This document shows, piece after piece, positions 1 to 13,075 of a stretch of 64,000 bases of DNA. Source of the DNA: Salinispira sp. (GTDB lineage Bacteria; Spirochaetota; Spirochaetia; DSM-27196; Salinispiraceae). How positions within the stretch are numbered: position 1 is the first letter of the stretch; each line of letters opens with the position of its first letter. Location: positions 1,216,001-1,280,000 of the forward strand of contig OZ271918.1 of assembly GCA_965602015.1 (NCBI GenBank). Reading direction: 5' to 3'. Under the pieces are notes generated by a model. The model did not search any database and was not told where the DNA came from. It saw only the letters and a program-made list of their open reading frames with translations. A program made the position numbers and the translations under genes.

Positions 1-37
1 GCCTGAGGAGGGGAAAATCAGCTGTTTTGGGGGCACT
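1..37 (+). mobile_element. Right end (transposase stop codon plus terminal inverted repeat) of a second copy of the IS1/IS1595-like element found at 16916-18164
   Basis: GCCTGA..ATCAGCTGTTTTGGGGGCACT mirrors 18131-18164; 17-37 is the exact reverse complement of 16916-16936. Confidence 0.85.
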
Positions 38-43
38 AAACTC

Positions 44-499
44 TCATTTCATGAGATGCTTGATTTCGTCAATAAAACCCTCGAGATTAGTAAAATTTCG
101 ATACACCGACGCGAAACGGATGTAGGCGACGTGATCGATTTCGAAGAGCTTTTTTAGAACCATTTCGCCCAGGTTCTTGGTGGGAATTTCGTTGCTGACC
201 TTAGCGACTATCATGCTTTGATCTTCAATTTCATTGAGAATGTTTTCAATTTCAAGCTGACTGATTTTGCGTTTTTCCAGCGCTCTCTGCAGGCCTCGCT
301 CGAGTTTTTCCCGGTTAAAGGGTTCGCGCCGACCGTTTGATTTGACTACCATGAGGGGCTTGTCCTCAATGCGCTCATATGATGTGAAGCGGTAACCGCA
401 TATGGTGCATTCCCGTCGCCGGCGAATCGAACTTCCGTCAGCCAGGCTACGGGATTCGATTACCTTGTCATCCTTACTTCCGCAGTGGGGGCATTTCAT
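44..499 (-). CDS. nrdR: Transcriptional repressor NrdR
   Basis: MKCPHC...VIESR...IRRRREC zinc ribbon, ATP cone, AYIRFASVY motif. Confidence 0.97.
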   Translation of the reverse strand: MKCPHCGSKDDKVIESRSLADGSSIRRRRECTICGYRFTSYERIEDKPLMVVKSNGRREPFNREKLERGLQRALEKRKISQLEIENILNEIEDQSMIVAKVSNEIPTKNLGEMVLKKLFEIDHVAYIRFASVYRNFTNLEGFIDEIKHLMK

Positions 500-544
500 G
501 GGATCAATCTACTCCGGTTGAGGGCTTTGCACAATATTTTTACA

Positions 545-597
545 TAAAAAAGCCCATCCAGCAGGCGGACCAGCATAGGTCCGCCAAAAGGACGGGC
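545..597 (-). terminator. Probable intrinsic terminator after ilvC
   Basis: Minus strand: GCCCGTCC/GGATGGGC outer stem enclosing GGCGGACC/GGTCCGCC, followed by TTTTTT. Confidence 0.65.
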
Positions 598-620
598 ATC
601 TATGCTCTGAGAAGATCTTT

Positions 621-3145
<2,525 letters not shown>

Positions 3146-3883
3146 GCAGGGCCAGGACCACCCCATTTGCCTTCCAGTCTATTACAAGAGGTGCCAGGGA
3201 AAGGGGACCCGAGGGCGCCCAGGCCCTCATGAGCAGAGCTCGGGTGTATGCGCCGCTCAGGCGGTTGACTCCCGCAAGCAGGGCCAGGGAAATCCCCTTG
3301 GCGTAGCGTATCGGGTGTCGCTTCGGCGTGGCGGCCCTCATGCGAATTGCCCGGTCGGCATCAGATGCGGCATCCATCAATACCGGAACAGCGCTGAGCA
3401 TTATGCGAATCATGGTCGCCAGTTTCCACGCGAACTCCCGGTTGAGCGGACGAAGGCTCCGGAATATGCCGTCCTGCAGTTCGCTCAATGATGTGCTGCG
3501 CATCAGCACATGGGTGCTGACCAGGGCCGCCGCTAATTGCACGATAAATGCCAGGGCTTCCGCTGCGCCATCGGGGTTCCAGGAGAGCAATAGGCTTCTC
3601 CCGGGCAGCATGTCCATAGCGAGCCTCACTGTGCGGCCGCCGGAGAGGTGGGCGCGGCTGATCCAGGTAATAAGGAATATCCAGAAGAAGCCACGGATTT
3701 CCCGAAGGAACCGGGGCAAAGGATTCCTCAGGGCCAGAAAGGCCGTAAAACTGACGGTAAACATGACTATTGCGGGTATCAGGGGCAAGAAAGACAGGTA
3801 GAGATTCCACCCGAGGTATAATAAAAATTTCATTCGGGGATCGCTTCTATGAAGGAGACTATTTCCCGGCTGATGATGAAAAA

Positions 3884-4618
3884 TCAGGACCGAAGCCACG
3901 ACATGTCCTTTATCTTCATCGACGGCTTTCTCACATCGTGGTCTTCGAGAAAGGGCAGAACCCTCTCGGGCAGGGCATCGGCGATGATTCTTCCGGCTTT
4001 TATTAAGATGAGCCGGTCCGCATGGGCTAGGCATTTTTCCAGACCGTGAGTCACAATAACCACTGCGCAGTTGCGTTCACGAAGCTTTAAAATCTGTTCG
4101 AGGGTCTGGACGACCCCCGGGTAATCTAAATTTTCAAATGGCTCATCGAGCAGCACATAATTTGCCCCCATGGCAATTACCGAAGCCAGGGCGAGCCTCC
4201 GAAGTTCTCCCCCCGAGAGGGTACCGGGATTTTGGCTCCGGTGGTCGCCCAGACCGCTCCAGCCGAGGGCATCTTCAAGCCGACGGCTCTGCTCTTCCCG
4301 GGAAAGACCCAGGTTTCCCAATCCGAAGCGAATTTCCTGTTCAACGCTCTGTTCTATTATCTGCAGATCGGGTTGCTGGAACACAAGCCCCACCCGGGTA
4401 CCCAGCACATGTCCTTTACCGGGGAAATCCTCGCCGTCGAGCAGCAGCGATCCGCTATCCGCTGTCGACAGTCCTGCCAATATGGTCAGAAGCATGGTCT
4501 TTCCCGAGCCGTTCGGACCGGTGATAACCGTCACTTCCCCGGGTGGAAAGACTGCGGACACCGAATCGAGAATAGTCGTGGTTTCAATGCTGAGGTGAAG
4601 GTTCCGGGCTTCAAGCAT
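3884..4618 (-). CDS. ECF transporter ATPase
   Basis: GPNGSGKT, VFQQPD, LSGGE, LLDEP. Confidence 0.92.
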   Translation of the reverse strand: MLEARNLHLSIETTTILDSVSAVFPPGEVTVITGPNGSGKTMLLTILAGLSTADSGSLLLDGEDFPGKGHVLGTRVGLVFQQPDLQIIEQSVEQEIRFGLGNLGLSREEQSRRLEDALGWSGLGDHRSQNPGTLSGGELRRLALASVIAMGANYVLLDEPFENLDYPGVVQTLEQILKLRERNCAVVIVTHGLEKCLAHADRLILIKAGRIIADALPERVLPFLEDHDVRKPSMKIKDMSWLRS

Positions 4619-4623
4619 TGGCT

Positions 4624-5190
4624 TCACGTATTCCGGGAAAAGATTTTCCTTCTGCTCGCCGCCAAAAGCGCAGCGGCGATAATCTTCAAACCGTCTCCCG
4701 GGAGGTAGGGAAGAACGGCTCGCGCCAGTCCGATACGCCATTCCCAGCCGAGATTTACGGTAATCCACGGGTAGCCCACAGCGTAGATAATCAGCGTTCC
4801 CACCAGCAAGGCGAGTCCGTCCCGAAGCACCTGGGTCCAGCCTTCAGAATCGCCTCCTCCCCGGATAATCAGGCTGACTGCCACTGCGGCGGGCATAAAA
4901 CCGATGAGAAAACCGCCGCTCGGTCCCATAATCACCGAGAAGCCCCGGGCGCCGCCGGCGAAGACCGGCAAACCGATAATTCCTGCGAACAAATACAGGC
5001 CAACCGCCGCCAGGGCCCACAGCGGCCGCAGGAAAACCCCAGCCAGGATGACAAAGAGGGTTTGCAGGGTAATGGGAACCGGGGTAAAGGGTAGGGCTAT
5101 CTGCAAAAAGGCTCCGACGGAAATAAGCGCGGCGAACACCGCAGCCAGCACCATCGGCTGAAGTTCACGGGAAAGATCAGTACTTTTCAT
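4624..5190 (-). CDS. bioY: Biotin ECF substrate component BioY
   Basis: PVPITLQT, GLPVFAGG, GPSGGFLIGF, PGDGLK. Confidence 0.95.
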   Translation of the reverse strand: MKSTDLSRELQPMVLAAVFAALISVGAFLQIALPFTPVPITLQTLFVILAGVFLRPLWALAAVGLYLFAGIIGLPVFAGGARGFSVIMGPSGGFLIGFMPAAVAVSLIIRGGGDSEGWTQVLRDGLALLVGTLIIYAVGYPWITVNLGWEWRIGLARAVLPYLPGDGLKIIAAALLAASRRKIFSRNT

Positions 5191-5274
5191 TTTCGTTCCT
5201 ATATAAATATTCACCCGTACGGCCACAAATCGACCGCTTGGATACATGGGCATGTTCGGCTACTATACGTCAAT

Positions 5275-6648
5275 ATGCGAATAAATGTCACCTGCAGCCA
5301 TTTGACCGCCGGGCTTCCGACCCGTCTGACCACCCTGGCCGCCATCGCTCTTTTTCTGGTAGTTTCCGGGCTTCCGGCACAGAACATCGATGAACGCTAT
5401 CCGTTGGATATGAATCCCGTTGATTTGCCCGGCCAGTATGAAAGCCTGGCGGAGGCGTTTTCCCTGCCGGTTCCCCAGCTCAGAGCGCCTATCGCCCTTC
5501 TCATCGAACTGGAAACCGGAAGCGTCCTGTTCGCCAGGAATGCGAATCGGGCCTTTCCCCCCGCCAGTTTGACAAAGATCATGACGGTGTTTACAGCCCT
5601 CGAGGTGTGGGATGCCATGGATATCTCCATGGATGACAGTGCAGAATTTTCCTCGGCAGCATGGGCGGTCAACGCACCTCCTCAGTCTTCTTTGATGTTT
5701 CTGGGACCCCGGCAGCGGGCGAGCTTCGGCGACCTTATCCTCGGTCTTTTGGTCTCATCGGGCAACGATGCCGCCGTCGCCATAGCGGAGACCACGACGG
5801 GCAATATGGATGGTTTTGTGCTGCGTATGAACGAAAACGCCCGCCAACTGGGGCTGGAAAGCAGCAGGTTCGTCGAACCGTCGGGCTACAGTCGATTTAA
5901 TCAGGCCAGCGCCTATGACCTGGCTCGATTGACCCAAATATATATAGATCGATGGCCCTGGGTCATCGAGCGTTTTCATATGGTGACTGAATATACCTAT
6001 CCCCGGGAGGAGAATCTTCTTCCGGGTAACGACCGCAGCATGATCAACATTACCCAGTACAACCGAAACGGGCTGTTAAGAAGTTACCCGGGAAGCACGG
6101 GGATCAAAACCGGATACATCGATCAGTCGGGCTACAATTTGCTTGCAAGCGCAGAGCGTGACGGCATGCATCTGCTTGCGGTAGTGATGGGTATTTCGGC
6201 GTCAAACAGCATGGAGGGCAGCGCTCTGCGGGAGGCCGATGCCGGTGCCTTGCTCGATTTCGGTTTTGTGAATTTTTCAAAAATCGAGGTGCCTCTGGCG
6301 GAAAACTCGATTCCCGTCAGCCGGGGGCAGGCTGCTGCGCTTGAACTGCCCGGGATACAACTGCCCATGCTTGTTGCCAGTTCCGGCGGCGATGTTCAGG
6401 TCAGAAGCCGGACACCCAGGGGAGTCATAGCCCCGGTAAGGGAAGGTCAAATCGTCGAGCGCTACCGCTGGGTGCAGGACGGGGTAGTTGTGGGCGAGTT
6501 TTCACGGAGGGCCGAGGAGGCCGTTACCCCAAGCAGGGGTCTTATGTTCATCTGGGACAGCATCCGCCTATTTTTCTCAAGGCTGTTCGGCGGCGTGAAT
6601 CCCGTCGAAGGCGATGTAAGCGGTTTTCAAGCTATCGAGAGCGAATAA
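5275..6648 (+). CDS. D-alanyl-D-alanine carboxypeptidase (peptidase S11)
   Basis: PASLTK (SxxK), SGNDAA (SxN), GIKTGY (KTG). Confidence 0.92.
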   Translation: MRINVTCSHLTAGLPTRLTTLAAIALFLVVSGLPAQNIDERYPLDMNPVDLPGQYESLAEAFSLPVPQLRAPIALLIELETGSVLFARNANRAFPPASLTKIMTVFTALEVWDAMDISMDDSAEFSSAAWAVNAPPQSSLMFLGPRQRASFGDLILGLLVSSGNDAAVAIAETTTGNMDGFVLRMNENARQLGLESSRFVEPSGYSRFNQASAYDLARLTQIYIDRWPWVIERFHMVTEYTYPREENLLPGNDRSMINITQYNRNGLLRSYPGSTGIKTGYIDQSGYNLLASAERDGMHLLAVVMGISASNSMEGSALREADAGALLDFGFVNFSKIEVPLAENSIPVSRGQAAALELPGIQLPMLVASSGGDVQVRSRTPRGVIAPVREGQIVERYRWVQDGVVVGEFSRRAEEAVTPSRGLMFIWDSIRLFFSRLFGGVNPVEGDVSGFQAIESE

Positions 6649-6654
6649 GAAACG

Positions 6655-7029
6655 TCAGCGCTCGGCGATGGCTTCAATCTCTATCGCCACATCTTTCGGC
6701 AGCCGTGAGACTTCAACCGCAGCCCGTGCGGGGTAGGGTTCGTCCAAAAACGAGGCATATACCCGGTTCACCTCGGCAAAGTCATTCATGTCTGCCAGGA
6801 AAATCCGGCAATGCACCAGATCGCCAAAGTCCATGCCGGCGTTGGCAAGCAGCGATGAAATATTTTCCATTATGACACGGCACTGTTCCGCGGCATTTCC
6901 TCCGAGAATTTTTCCGCTGTGATGATCCATGGCGATCTGCCCCGAGATGTACAGCCGACCGTCTGAGAGAAAGGCCGGCGAATACGGGCCCACCGCGCCG
7001 GCGTCTCCGATGCTGATGACTTTTTTCAT
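6655..7029 (-). CDS. RidA/Rid family enamine deaminase
   Basis: GPYS, ISGQI, PARAAVEVSRLPKD, IEIEAIA. Confidence 0.93.
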   Translation of the reverse strand: MKKVISIGDAGAVGPYSPAFLSDGRLYISGQIAMDHHSGKILGGNAAEQCRVIMENISSLLANAGMDFGDLVHCRIFLADMNDFAEVNRVYASFLDEPYPARAAVEVSRLPKDVAIEIEAIAER

Positions 7030-8003
7030 CAGCTCACCCCGGTGAGGGCTTTGATGTACTGAAGCCGCTCGAGGTCTTCGGGGTTCTGCGAGTCCTTCTG
7101 GCTGTAGCGCCCCCGCAGTTCATTGGCCGAGGAAGCTTTTAAACCGGCAATAAGAGTATCCATTTCCGATAGCATTGCTCCTAGGATCTCCACGCTGTTG
7201 CGGTAGAATGCCGAGCAAAGCTGCACGGTGTCCGCTCCGGCGGCAATAAACTTCACTGCGGTTTCAGCGCTGTGGACTCCGGTCGAGGCCGAAAGCTGGG
7301 TGCCGGTCCGGTCGAAGAGGATAGATATCCAGCGCAGCGCCGTGCTGTAGTCTCCGTCGGCGCTGAGTCCTAGCCGTCCCTTTGGCTTCCCGTTGGCCAG
7401 ATCAATGTCGTATTGATAAAAGCGGTTAAAAAGTACCAGTGCGTCCGCACCGGCTCTCTGCAGCCGCTGGGCGAACTGGGGCAGGCTGGTAAAATATGGT
7501 CCAAGCTTTACCGCCATCGGCAGGTTCACCAAGGAGCGGATACGATCGACGGTTTCCACCAGGCGGTCTTCAAGCTCAGCGGATTGTTGGTCGAAGCGCC
7601 GGGGCATCACGCTCAGGTTTACCTCCAGGGCGTCTGCGCCGGATTCCCGCAGCTGTACAGCGTATTCCTTCCACCATTGAACATGCACGCAGTTCAAGCT
7701 TGCAATTACCGGGATATCAACTTCACTTTTTGCCCGGGAAATCAGATCGAGATAGTTTGTGGGACCCAGGCTCATGCCCGACTGATGAAGGTAATCATAG
7801 GCCTCGCTGTGGGGAAAGTCATCGGAAATCGCGTTGGTCTCTGCTTCGATCTGCTCCTCAAAGAGCGATTTGAGAACCACCGCTCCGATACCCGCGGCTG
7901 CCAGCCGTTTGATGCCTTCGATATTAGAACTCAGACTCGAGCTGGATGCGATGAGCGGGTTTTTTAGTGAAAGTCCCAGATAGCTTGTACGTAAATCCGG
8001 CAT
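7029..8003 (-). CDS. Dihydroorotate dehydrogenase-like flavoprotein
   Basis: YLGLSLKNPLIASS, AVVLKSLFEEQI, VKLGPYF, LVLFNRFYQ. Confidence 0.85.
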   Translation of the reverse strand: MPDLRTSYLGLSLKNPLIASSSSLSSNIEGIKRLAAAGIGAVVLKSLFEEQIEAETNAISDDFPHSEAYDYLHQSGMSLGPTNYLDLISRAKSEVDIPVIASLNCVHVQWWKEYAVQLRESGADALEVNLSVMPRRFDQQSAELEDRLVETVDRIRSLVNLPMAVKLGPYFTSLPQFAQRLQRAGADALVLFNRFYQYDIDLANGKPKGRLGLSADGDYSTALRWISILFDRTGTQLSASTGVHSAETAVKFIAAGADTVQLCSAFYRNSVEILGAMLSEMDTLIAGLKASSANELRGRYSQKDSQNPEDLERLQYIKALTGVS

Positions 8004-8185
8004 GTATATTCCTCTTTGGTACGGTTATGGCGCCATTATAAAACGATTCCTTCGGACTGGAAAGGAATGTTAAACGGCTTTTCTTTTGCGCTAAACATGA
8101 GTAGTTTTATAAGAAATAAGGAGCCTTCACCGCTGGTTTATACCGGTCGGGAAGGCTGGGGAGACAGGATTACACAGGAGGATTC

Positions 8186-8794
8186 ATGCCTTTTAGCACA
8201 CCGGACTTACCCTATGCGTATAATGCACTAGAGCCGCATATCGATGAGCTCACCATGCAGATACATCACGACAAGCACCATGTGGGATACACCACCAAGC
8301 TGAACAACGCCCTTGAGGGCAGCGATTTTGCCGATAAAAGCATTGAAGAACTACTCGGCGGTTTACACACCCTGCCGGCAAACCTTCAGACTGCCGTCAG
8401 GAATAACGGAGGCGGGCACTTCAACCACAGTCTATTTTGGGGAATCATGGGCCCGAATGCCGGCGGCGAGCCCGACGGCGCCCTCGCCAAGGCAATAGAC
8501 CGGGACCTGGGGAGCTTCGATAATTTCGTCAAAGAGTTTTCAGCGGCGGCCGGAGGCCGATTCGGCAGCGGATGGGCATGGCTGGCATCGGATACCGGGG
8601 GAAAATTATCGGTGGTAAGCACGGCGAACCAGGACAACCCAATTACCGACGGCCTTCATCCGGTACTCGGCCTCGATGTGTGGGAGCACGCGTATTATCT
8701 GAAATATCAAAACAGGCGGCCTGATTACGTGCAGAGCTTCTTTAAACTTATCAACTGGAACAAGGTTAAAGAGCACTATGAAAAGCTGCTTTAA
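8186..8794 (+). CDS. sodA: Superoxide dismutase, probably Mn-type
   Basis: [40 protein letters not shown]. Confidence 0.95.
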   Translation: MPFSTPDLPYAYNALEPHIDELTMQIHHDKHHVGYTTKLNNALEGSDFADKSIEELLGGLHTLPANLQTAVRNNGGGHFNHSLFWGIMGPNAGGEPDGALAKAIDRDLGSFDNFVKEFSAAAGGRFGSGWAWLASDTGGKLSVVSTANQDNPITDGLHPVLGLDVWEHAYYLKYQNRRPDYVQSFFKLINWNKVKEHYEKLL

Positions 8795-8820
8795 CGGAGT
8801 AGTGCGAAGTTAGATCGTAC

Positions 8821-8850
8821 ACGGCGTCCGTTATCGGGCGCCGTTTTTTT
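8821..8850 (+). terminator. Intrinsic terminator after sodA
   Basis: ACGGCGTCCG-TTAT-CGGGCGCCGT followed by a T tract. Confidence 0.85.
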
Positions 8851-8909
8851 ATCCCGCTGACATGCGGGGTAAGGCCGTGCTACTATTTGCCGGCTTTCAG
8901 GAGTTGTTC

Positions 8910-10136
8910 ATGGACCGTAAAAAAATACTGGCAGATTTTCCAATACTTTCTTCTTCAATGAGAGGCAAACCCTTTGTTTACCTCGATAGCGGGGCCACCA
9001 GTCTTACTCCCGAACCGGTTTTGGATGCCATGAACCGCTATCATCGGGAATACGGGGTTAACATACACCGGGGAATTTATGATTTTTCCGAAAGAGCCAC
9101 CCGGGAGTATCACGAAGTACGGGTAAAAACAGCGGATTTTCTTTCAACGGGAACTGATAGACAGGTGCTATTCACCCACGGAAGCACGGAAGGCGCCAAC
9201 CTCATCGCCTACTCCTGGGGACGGAAATTCCTCAAAGCCGGCGACGTTATACTCACCACGGAGTATGAACACCATTCATCCCTGGTTCCCTGGCACGCGG
9301 TGTGTGAAGCGACCGGGGCGACCATGGACTTTATTCCCATCGACCCAGACAGTCTCGAGCTCGACCTCGAATCATATAAAAAGAGCCTGGAACGGGGCGT
9401 TAAACTGCTGGTGATGAGCGGAATGTCCAATGTCACCGGTTATAAGCCTCCTCTAAAACAGATGATCACCCTGGCCAGGGAACACGGGGCGGTAACCGCC
9501 ATCGACGGCGCCCAGCTGGTTAGCCATCATCCGGTGAATGTCGAAGATCTTGACCCGGATTTTGTATTTTTCTCCGCCCATAAGATGCTGGGTCCCGGCG
9601 GGGTCGGAGTGCTGGTCGGCAGAACTTCGCTTCTGGAAAGCATGGATCCGTTTATGTACGGCGGCGATATGATCCTCAAGGTGAGCAAGGACCACTCCAC
9701 ATACCATCCGCTTCCCGAGAAATTCGAAGCGGGAACCCCGAACATCGCCGGGGTCATCGGATTCGGAGCCGCGCTGGACTACCTCGCCGACATCGGAATG
9801 GAAGAAATAGAAAAACGGGAAGCCGAGCTCATCGAATACGCCTCAAAGAGCTTTTCCCAGCTGCCGGGGGTGCGCACCTACCTGCCGTCTAATCCCGCAC
9901 TGCGGGGGGGAATTCTCAGCTTTAATGTCGACGGTTTGCACAGCCACGACCTTGGCGCGGTTCTCGACGCCCAGGGAATCGCCATTAGAACCGGTTTTCA
10001 TTGCGCCATGCCGTTCATGGAATGGCTGGACGTCCCTGGCACCGCCAGGGCAAGTTTTTATTTTTACAACGACACTTCCGATATCGATTCGCTGGTCGAA
10101 GGGGTCAAAAAGGCCCGAGCCGTATTCGGAGTATAG
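8910..10136 (+). CDS. sufS: Cysteine desulfurase SufS
   Basis: YLDSGATS, FSAHKMLGP (PLP lysine), FEAGTP, RTGFHCA. Confidence 0.93.
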   Translation: MDRKKILADFPILSSSMRGKPFVYLDSGATSLTPEPVLDAMNRYHREYGVNIHRGIYDFSERATREYHEVRVKTADFLSTGTDRQVLFTHGSTEGANLIAYSWGRKFLKAGDVILTTEYEHHSSLVPWHAVCEATGATMDFIPIDPDSLELDLESYKKSLERGVKLLVMSGMSNVTGYKPPLKQMITLAREHGAVTAIDGAQLVSHHPVNVEDLDPDFVFFSAHKMLGPGGVGVLVGRTSLLESMDPFMYGGDMILKVSKDHSTYHPLPEKFEAGTPNIAGVIGFGAALDYLADIGMEEIEKREAELIEYASKSFSQLPGVRTYLPSNPALRGGILSFNVDGLHSHDLGAVLDAQGIAIRTGFHCAMPFMEWLDVPGTARASFYFYNDTSDIDSLVEGVKKARAVFGV

Positions 10137-10144
10137 GCGCATAA

Positions 10145-10636
10145 ATGGACTTTAAAGCGATTATCGTCGACCATTATAAAAATCGCCGTTGGGAAGGGAC
10201 CGTGGAACACGGCCTTCAGGGGGAAATGGTCAACCGCTCCTGCGGAGATCAACTCACGCTTTATCTTAAGATTGATAACGATGACCAGATCGCCGAAGCC
10301 CGCTACACCGGGCAGGGATGCTCTATCTGCATCGCCAGCGCCGACATCCTCTGCGGAGAAATACGCGGCAGACAGGTAACCGATGCCCGGGACATTGCGG
10401 AAAACTTCCTGACCCAGTTGCAAAACCGGCCCAGGGTCCAGCAGATTCACCCACGCGAAGCTGATGATTCGCTCACACAGACGGCGTCTGCTGATTTCCC
10501 GCTCCAATCCGACAGCAGCGGGAATCCCAATGCCCTCCCGGGTGATGTTCCGGCCCTCCTGTCCCTTCGGGAATTTCCCATGCGGCAAAAATGCGCGACC
10601 ATGGGCTGGAAAATCCTTTTGGACATTACCGGCTGA
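10145..10636 (+). CDS. sufU: SufU/IscU-type Fe-S scaffold or sulfur acceptor
   Basis: NRSCGD, GCSIC, RQKCA; follows sufS. Confidence 0.85.
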   Translation: MDFKAIIVDHYKNRRWEGTVEHGLQGEMVNRSCGDQLTLYLKIDNDDQIAEARYTGQGCSICIASADILCGEIRGRQVTDARDIAENFLTQLQNRPRVQQIHPREADDSLTQTASADFPLQSDSSGNPNALPGDVPALLSLREFPMRQKCATMGWKILLDITG

Positions 10637-10708
10637 TATGGCCTAAGAACAGCGAAACCGTTATAGTGGGGCCAGACCACGAACATCACACACTCGAGGA
10701 GTTTGTTC

Positions 10709-11455
10709 ATGTACAAACTGGTACTGATCCGGCACGGCGAAAGTGTCTGGAATAAGGAAAACCGTTTCACCGGATGGACCGATGTCGATCTGTCCGAAAA
10801 AGGCGTTGCCGAAGCCAAGGCCGGCGGCGAAGTTCTGAAAAAAGAAGGCTATACTTTTGATATCGCCTACAACTCGGTACTCCTGCGGGCGATAAAAACA
10901 CTGAATATCGTTCTGGAAGAAATGGGGCTGCATTGGATTCCGGTGATAAAGAGCTGGCGCTTGAATGAGCGTCACTACGGAGCCCTGCAGGGCCTCAACA
11001 AGGCCGAGACCGCCGATAAACACGGTGAGGAGCAGGTAAAAATCTGGCGTCGGAGCTATGACGTTCCGCCTCCTGAGCTCAGCGTCGATGACGAGCGCTA
11101 CCCGGGAAACGACCCCCGTTATGCCAATTTGAGCGACAAGGACCTTCCCAAGACCGAATGCCTCAAAGATACGGTTGACCGCTTCCTGCCGCTGTGGCAC
11201 GAAGAAATTGCCCCTACCATTAAAAGTGGAAAAAAGGTGGTTATTGCGGCTCACGGCAACAGTCTGCGGGCCCTGGTCAAGTACCTCGACCAGATGAGCG
11301 AGGAAGAAATTCTCAAGCTCAATATTCCCACCGGAGTTCCCCTGGTGTACGAACTCGATGAGAACCTCAAGCCCATCAAGCATTATTACCTGGGCGATCA
11401 GGCGGCCATCGAGGCTGCAATGAGCGCCGTCGCAAACCAGGGAAAAAAAGCCTGA
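10709..11455 (+). CDS. gpmA: 2,3-bisphosphoglycerate-dependent phosphoglycerate mutase
   Basis: [40 protein letters not shown]. Confidence 0.97.
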   Translation: MYKLVLIRHGESVWNKENRFTGWTDVDLSEKGVAEAKAGGEVLKKEGYTFDIAYNSVLLRAIKTLNIVLEEMGLHWIPVIKSWRLNERHYGALQGLNKAETADKHGEEQVKIWRRSYDVPPPELSVDDERYPGNDPRYANLSDKDLPKTECLKDTVDRFLPLWHEEIAPTIKSGKKVVIAAHGNSLRALVKYLDQMSEEEILKLNIPTGVPLVYELDENLKPIKHYYLGDQAAIEAAMSAVANQGKKA

Positions 11456-11500
11456 TTGCATCTTTTGTCTACTCTCGGAAGTATGTTCCGAGCCAAGCTG

Positions 11501-11533
11501 ACCGGACGGCGATCGACGCCGCCCGGTTTTTTT
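11501..11533 (+). terminator. Intrinsic terminator after gpmA
   Basis: ACCGGACGGCG/CGCCGCCCGGT hairpin plus T tract. Confidence 0.75.
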
Positions 11534-11597
11534 CAATAAGAACCCTATTCGCGGTTCAAGCATTTCCGGGAAACCAACCCCGCGAGGAGTACTATCC

Positions 11598-12470
11598 ATG
11601 GCACAGCAACCCCGGGACGCCCAAAGGGCCATCCTGCTGTTTTCCTGCCCCGATACCCGGGGAATCGTCGCGCAGGTCAGCTATTTCATCAGCACCTATA
11701 ACGGCAATATTCTCGACTCCCATCAGCACTCTGACGGGGAAACGAATACGTTTTTTATGAGGGTGGAGTGGGATCTTAGCGATTTCACCATCGAAAGCGA
11801 CAAGATTGAACAGGCCTTTGAGCCCATAGCCCGAAAGTTTTCCATGGACTACCGGATAGAGTTCAGTTCCGCTGTCCATCGTATGGCCATATTTGTGAGC
11901 CAGTACGACCATTGCCTCTATGATCTCATCCTGCGAAACCGCGAGGGAGAGACCCATGCGGACATCCGCTGCGTCATCGGAAATCATCCCCAGATGGAGG
12001 AGATCGCCCGGATTTTTGACATTCCCTTTTACCATATTCCGGTGACTAAAAGCACCAAGTCCGAAGCCGAACAGAAACAGCGGGAAATTCTGGAGAAGGA
12101 GAATATCGACCTCATCGTGTTGGCCCGGTACATGCAAATCCTCAGCGACAGCTTTGTTGCCCACTACCCCGGTCAGATAATTAACATTCATCACTCCTTC
12201 CTTCCGGCTTTTGTGGGAGCCAAGCCTTATCATCAGGCATATCAGCGGGGAGTGAAGATCATCGGAGCCACGAGCCATTATGTCACTGCCGAACTGGACC
12301 AAGGTCCGATTATCGAACAGGACGTTGCGCGGATTAGCCACCGGGATTCGGTGAGCGATCTGGTGCGCACCGGCAAGAACCTGGAGAAGCTGGTATTAAC
12401 CCGGGCTGTTGCCCTGCACCTGGAACACCGGGTTCTGGTCTACGGAAACAAAACAGTAGTATTCGCCTGA
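11598..12470 (+). CDS. purU: Formyltetrahydrofolate deformylase
   Basis: ACT domain SCPDTRGIVA; LARYMQILS; INIHHSFLP; GVKIIGATSH; DQGPIIEQ. Confidence 0.96.
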   Translation: MAQQPRDAQRAILLFSCPDTRGIVAQVSYFISTYNGNILDSHQHSDGETNTFFMRVEWDLSDFTIESDKIEQAFEPIARKFSMDYRIEFSSAVHRMAIFVSQYDHCLYDLILRNREGETHADIRCVIGNHPQMEEIARIFDIPFYHIPVTKSTKSEAEQKQREILEKENIDLIVLARYMQILSDSFVAHYPGQIINIHHSFLPAFVGAKPYHQAYQRGVKIIGATSHYVTAELDQGPIIEQDVARISHRDSVSDLVRTGKNLEKLVLTRAVALHLEHRVLVYGNKTVVFA

Positions 12471-12505
12471 TATCTATGATTTAATTCTAGTTGGGGGGCG
12501 CCGCG

Positions 12506-13075
12506 GTGAACACTGAAATCGAAATGAAGGCCTGGGTTGATGACTTCGACCTCATGGACAGCCGGCTGAGGGAATGCGGCGCGGAATTCAAGCGGGACTA
12601 TTCGAAAAGCGACCGCTATCTCCATCAGTATCAGGATGGAGAATACACCCAGGAAGTGCGCATCCGCTTCGACGGAAGTGAAGCGGTGGTTACCCAAAAG
12701 CAAAAGACTGTTGAAAACGGTCTCGAGTCAAATGTGGAGCGGGAGTTCTCTGTTTCCCATGCAGAGAATTTTCTCCATCTGCTGGAAACTTCTGGCTACC
12801 GTTACTTCATTGACAAGGTCAAAATCGGTCGGGCATATATAATGGACGACTTTTTGATTGAACTGTCCCGGATTGAAGATTTAGGGGTGTTTATCGAAAT
12901 CGAAAAGGTCTTCGAAGGCCCGGTTGCTCCTCAAATCGTAAAACAAACCGAGGCCCGCATCCGCAAATGTCTGGCAATCCTGGGCATATCCGATTCAGCG
13001 ATAGAGCAGAAGGCCTATACACGAATGCTCGCTGAAAAACGGGGAGTTCGGCACCCCCTCTCAAAGCTGGGCTAA
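12506..13075 (+). CDS. CYTH domain protein (class IV adenylate cyclase/triphosphatase family)
   Basis: EIEMK (ExExK) at the N-terminus, VRIR, LGVFIEIE. Confidence 0.85.
   Translation: MNTEIEMKAWVDDFDLMDSRLRECGAEFKRDYSKSDRYLHQYQDGEYTQEVRIRFDGSEAVVTQKQKTVENGLESNVEREFSVSHAENFLHLLETSGYRYFIDKVKIGRAYIMDDFLIELSRIEDLGVFIEIEKVFEGPVAPQIVKQTEARIRKCLAILGISDSAIEQKAYTRMLAEKRGVRHPLSKLG

Noticed and set aside
10661..12341. Minus-strand ORFs of 323 and 249 aa
   Set aside because: Antisense to gpmA and purU.
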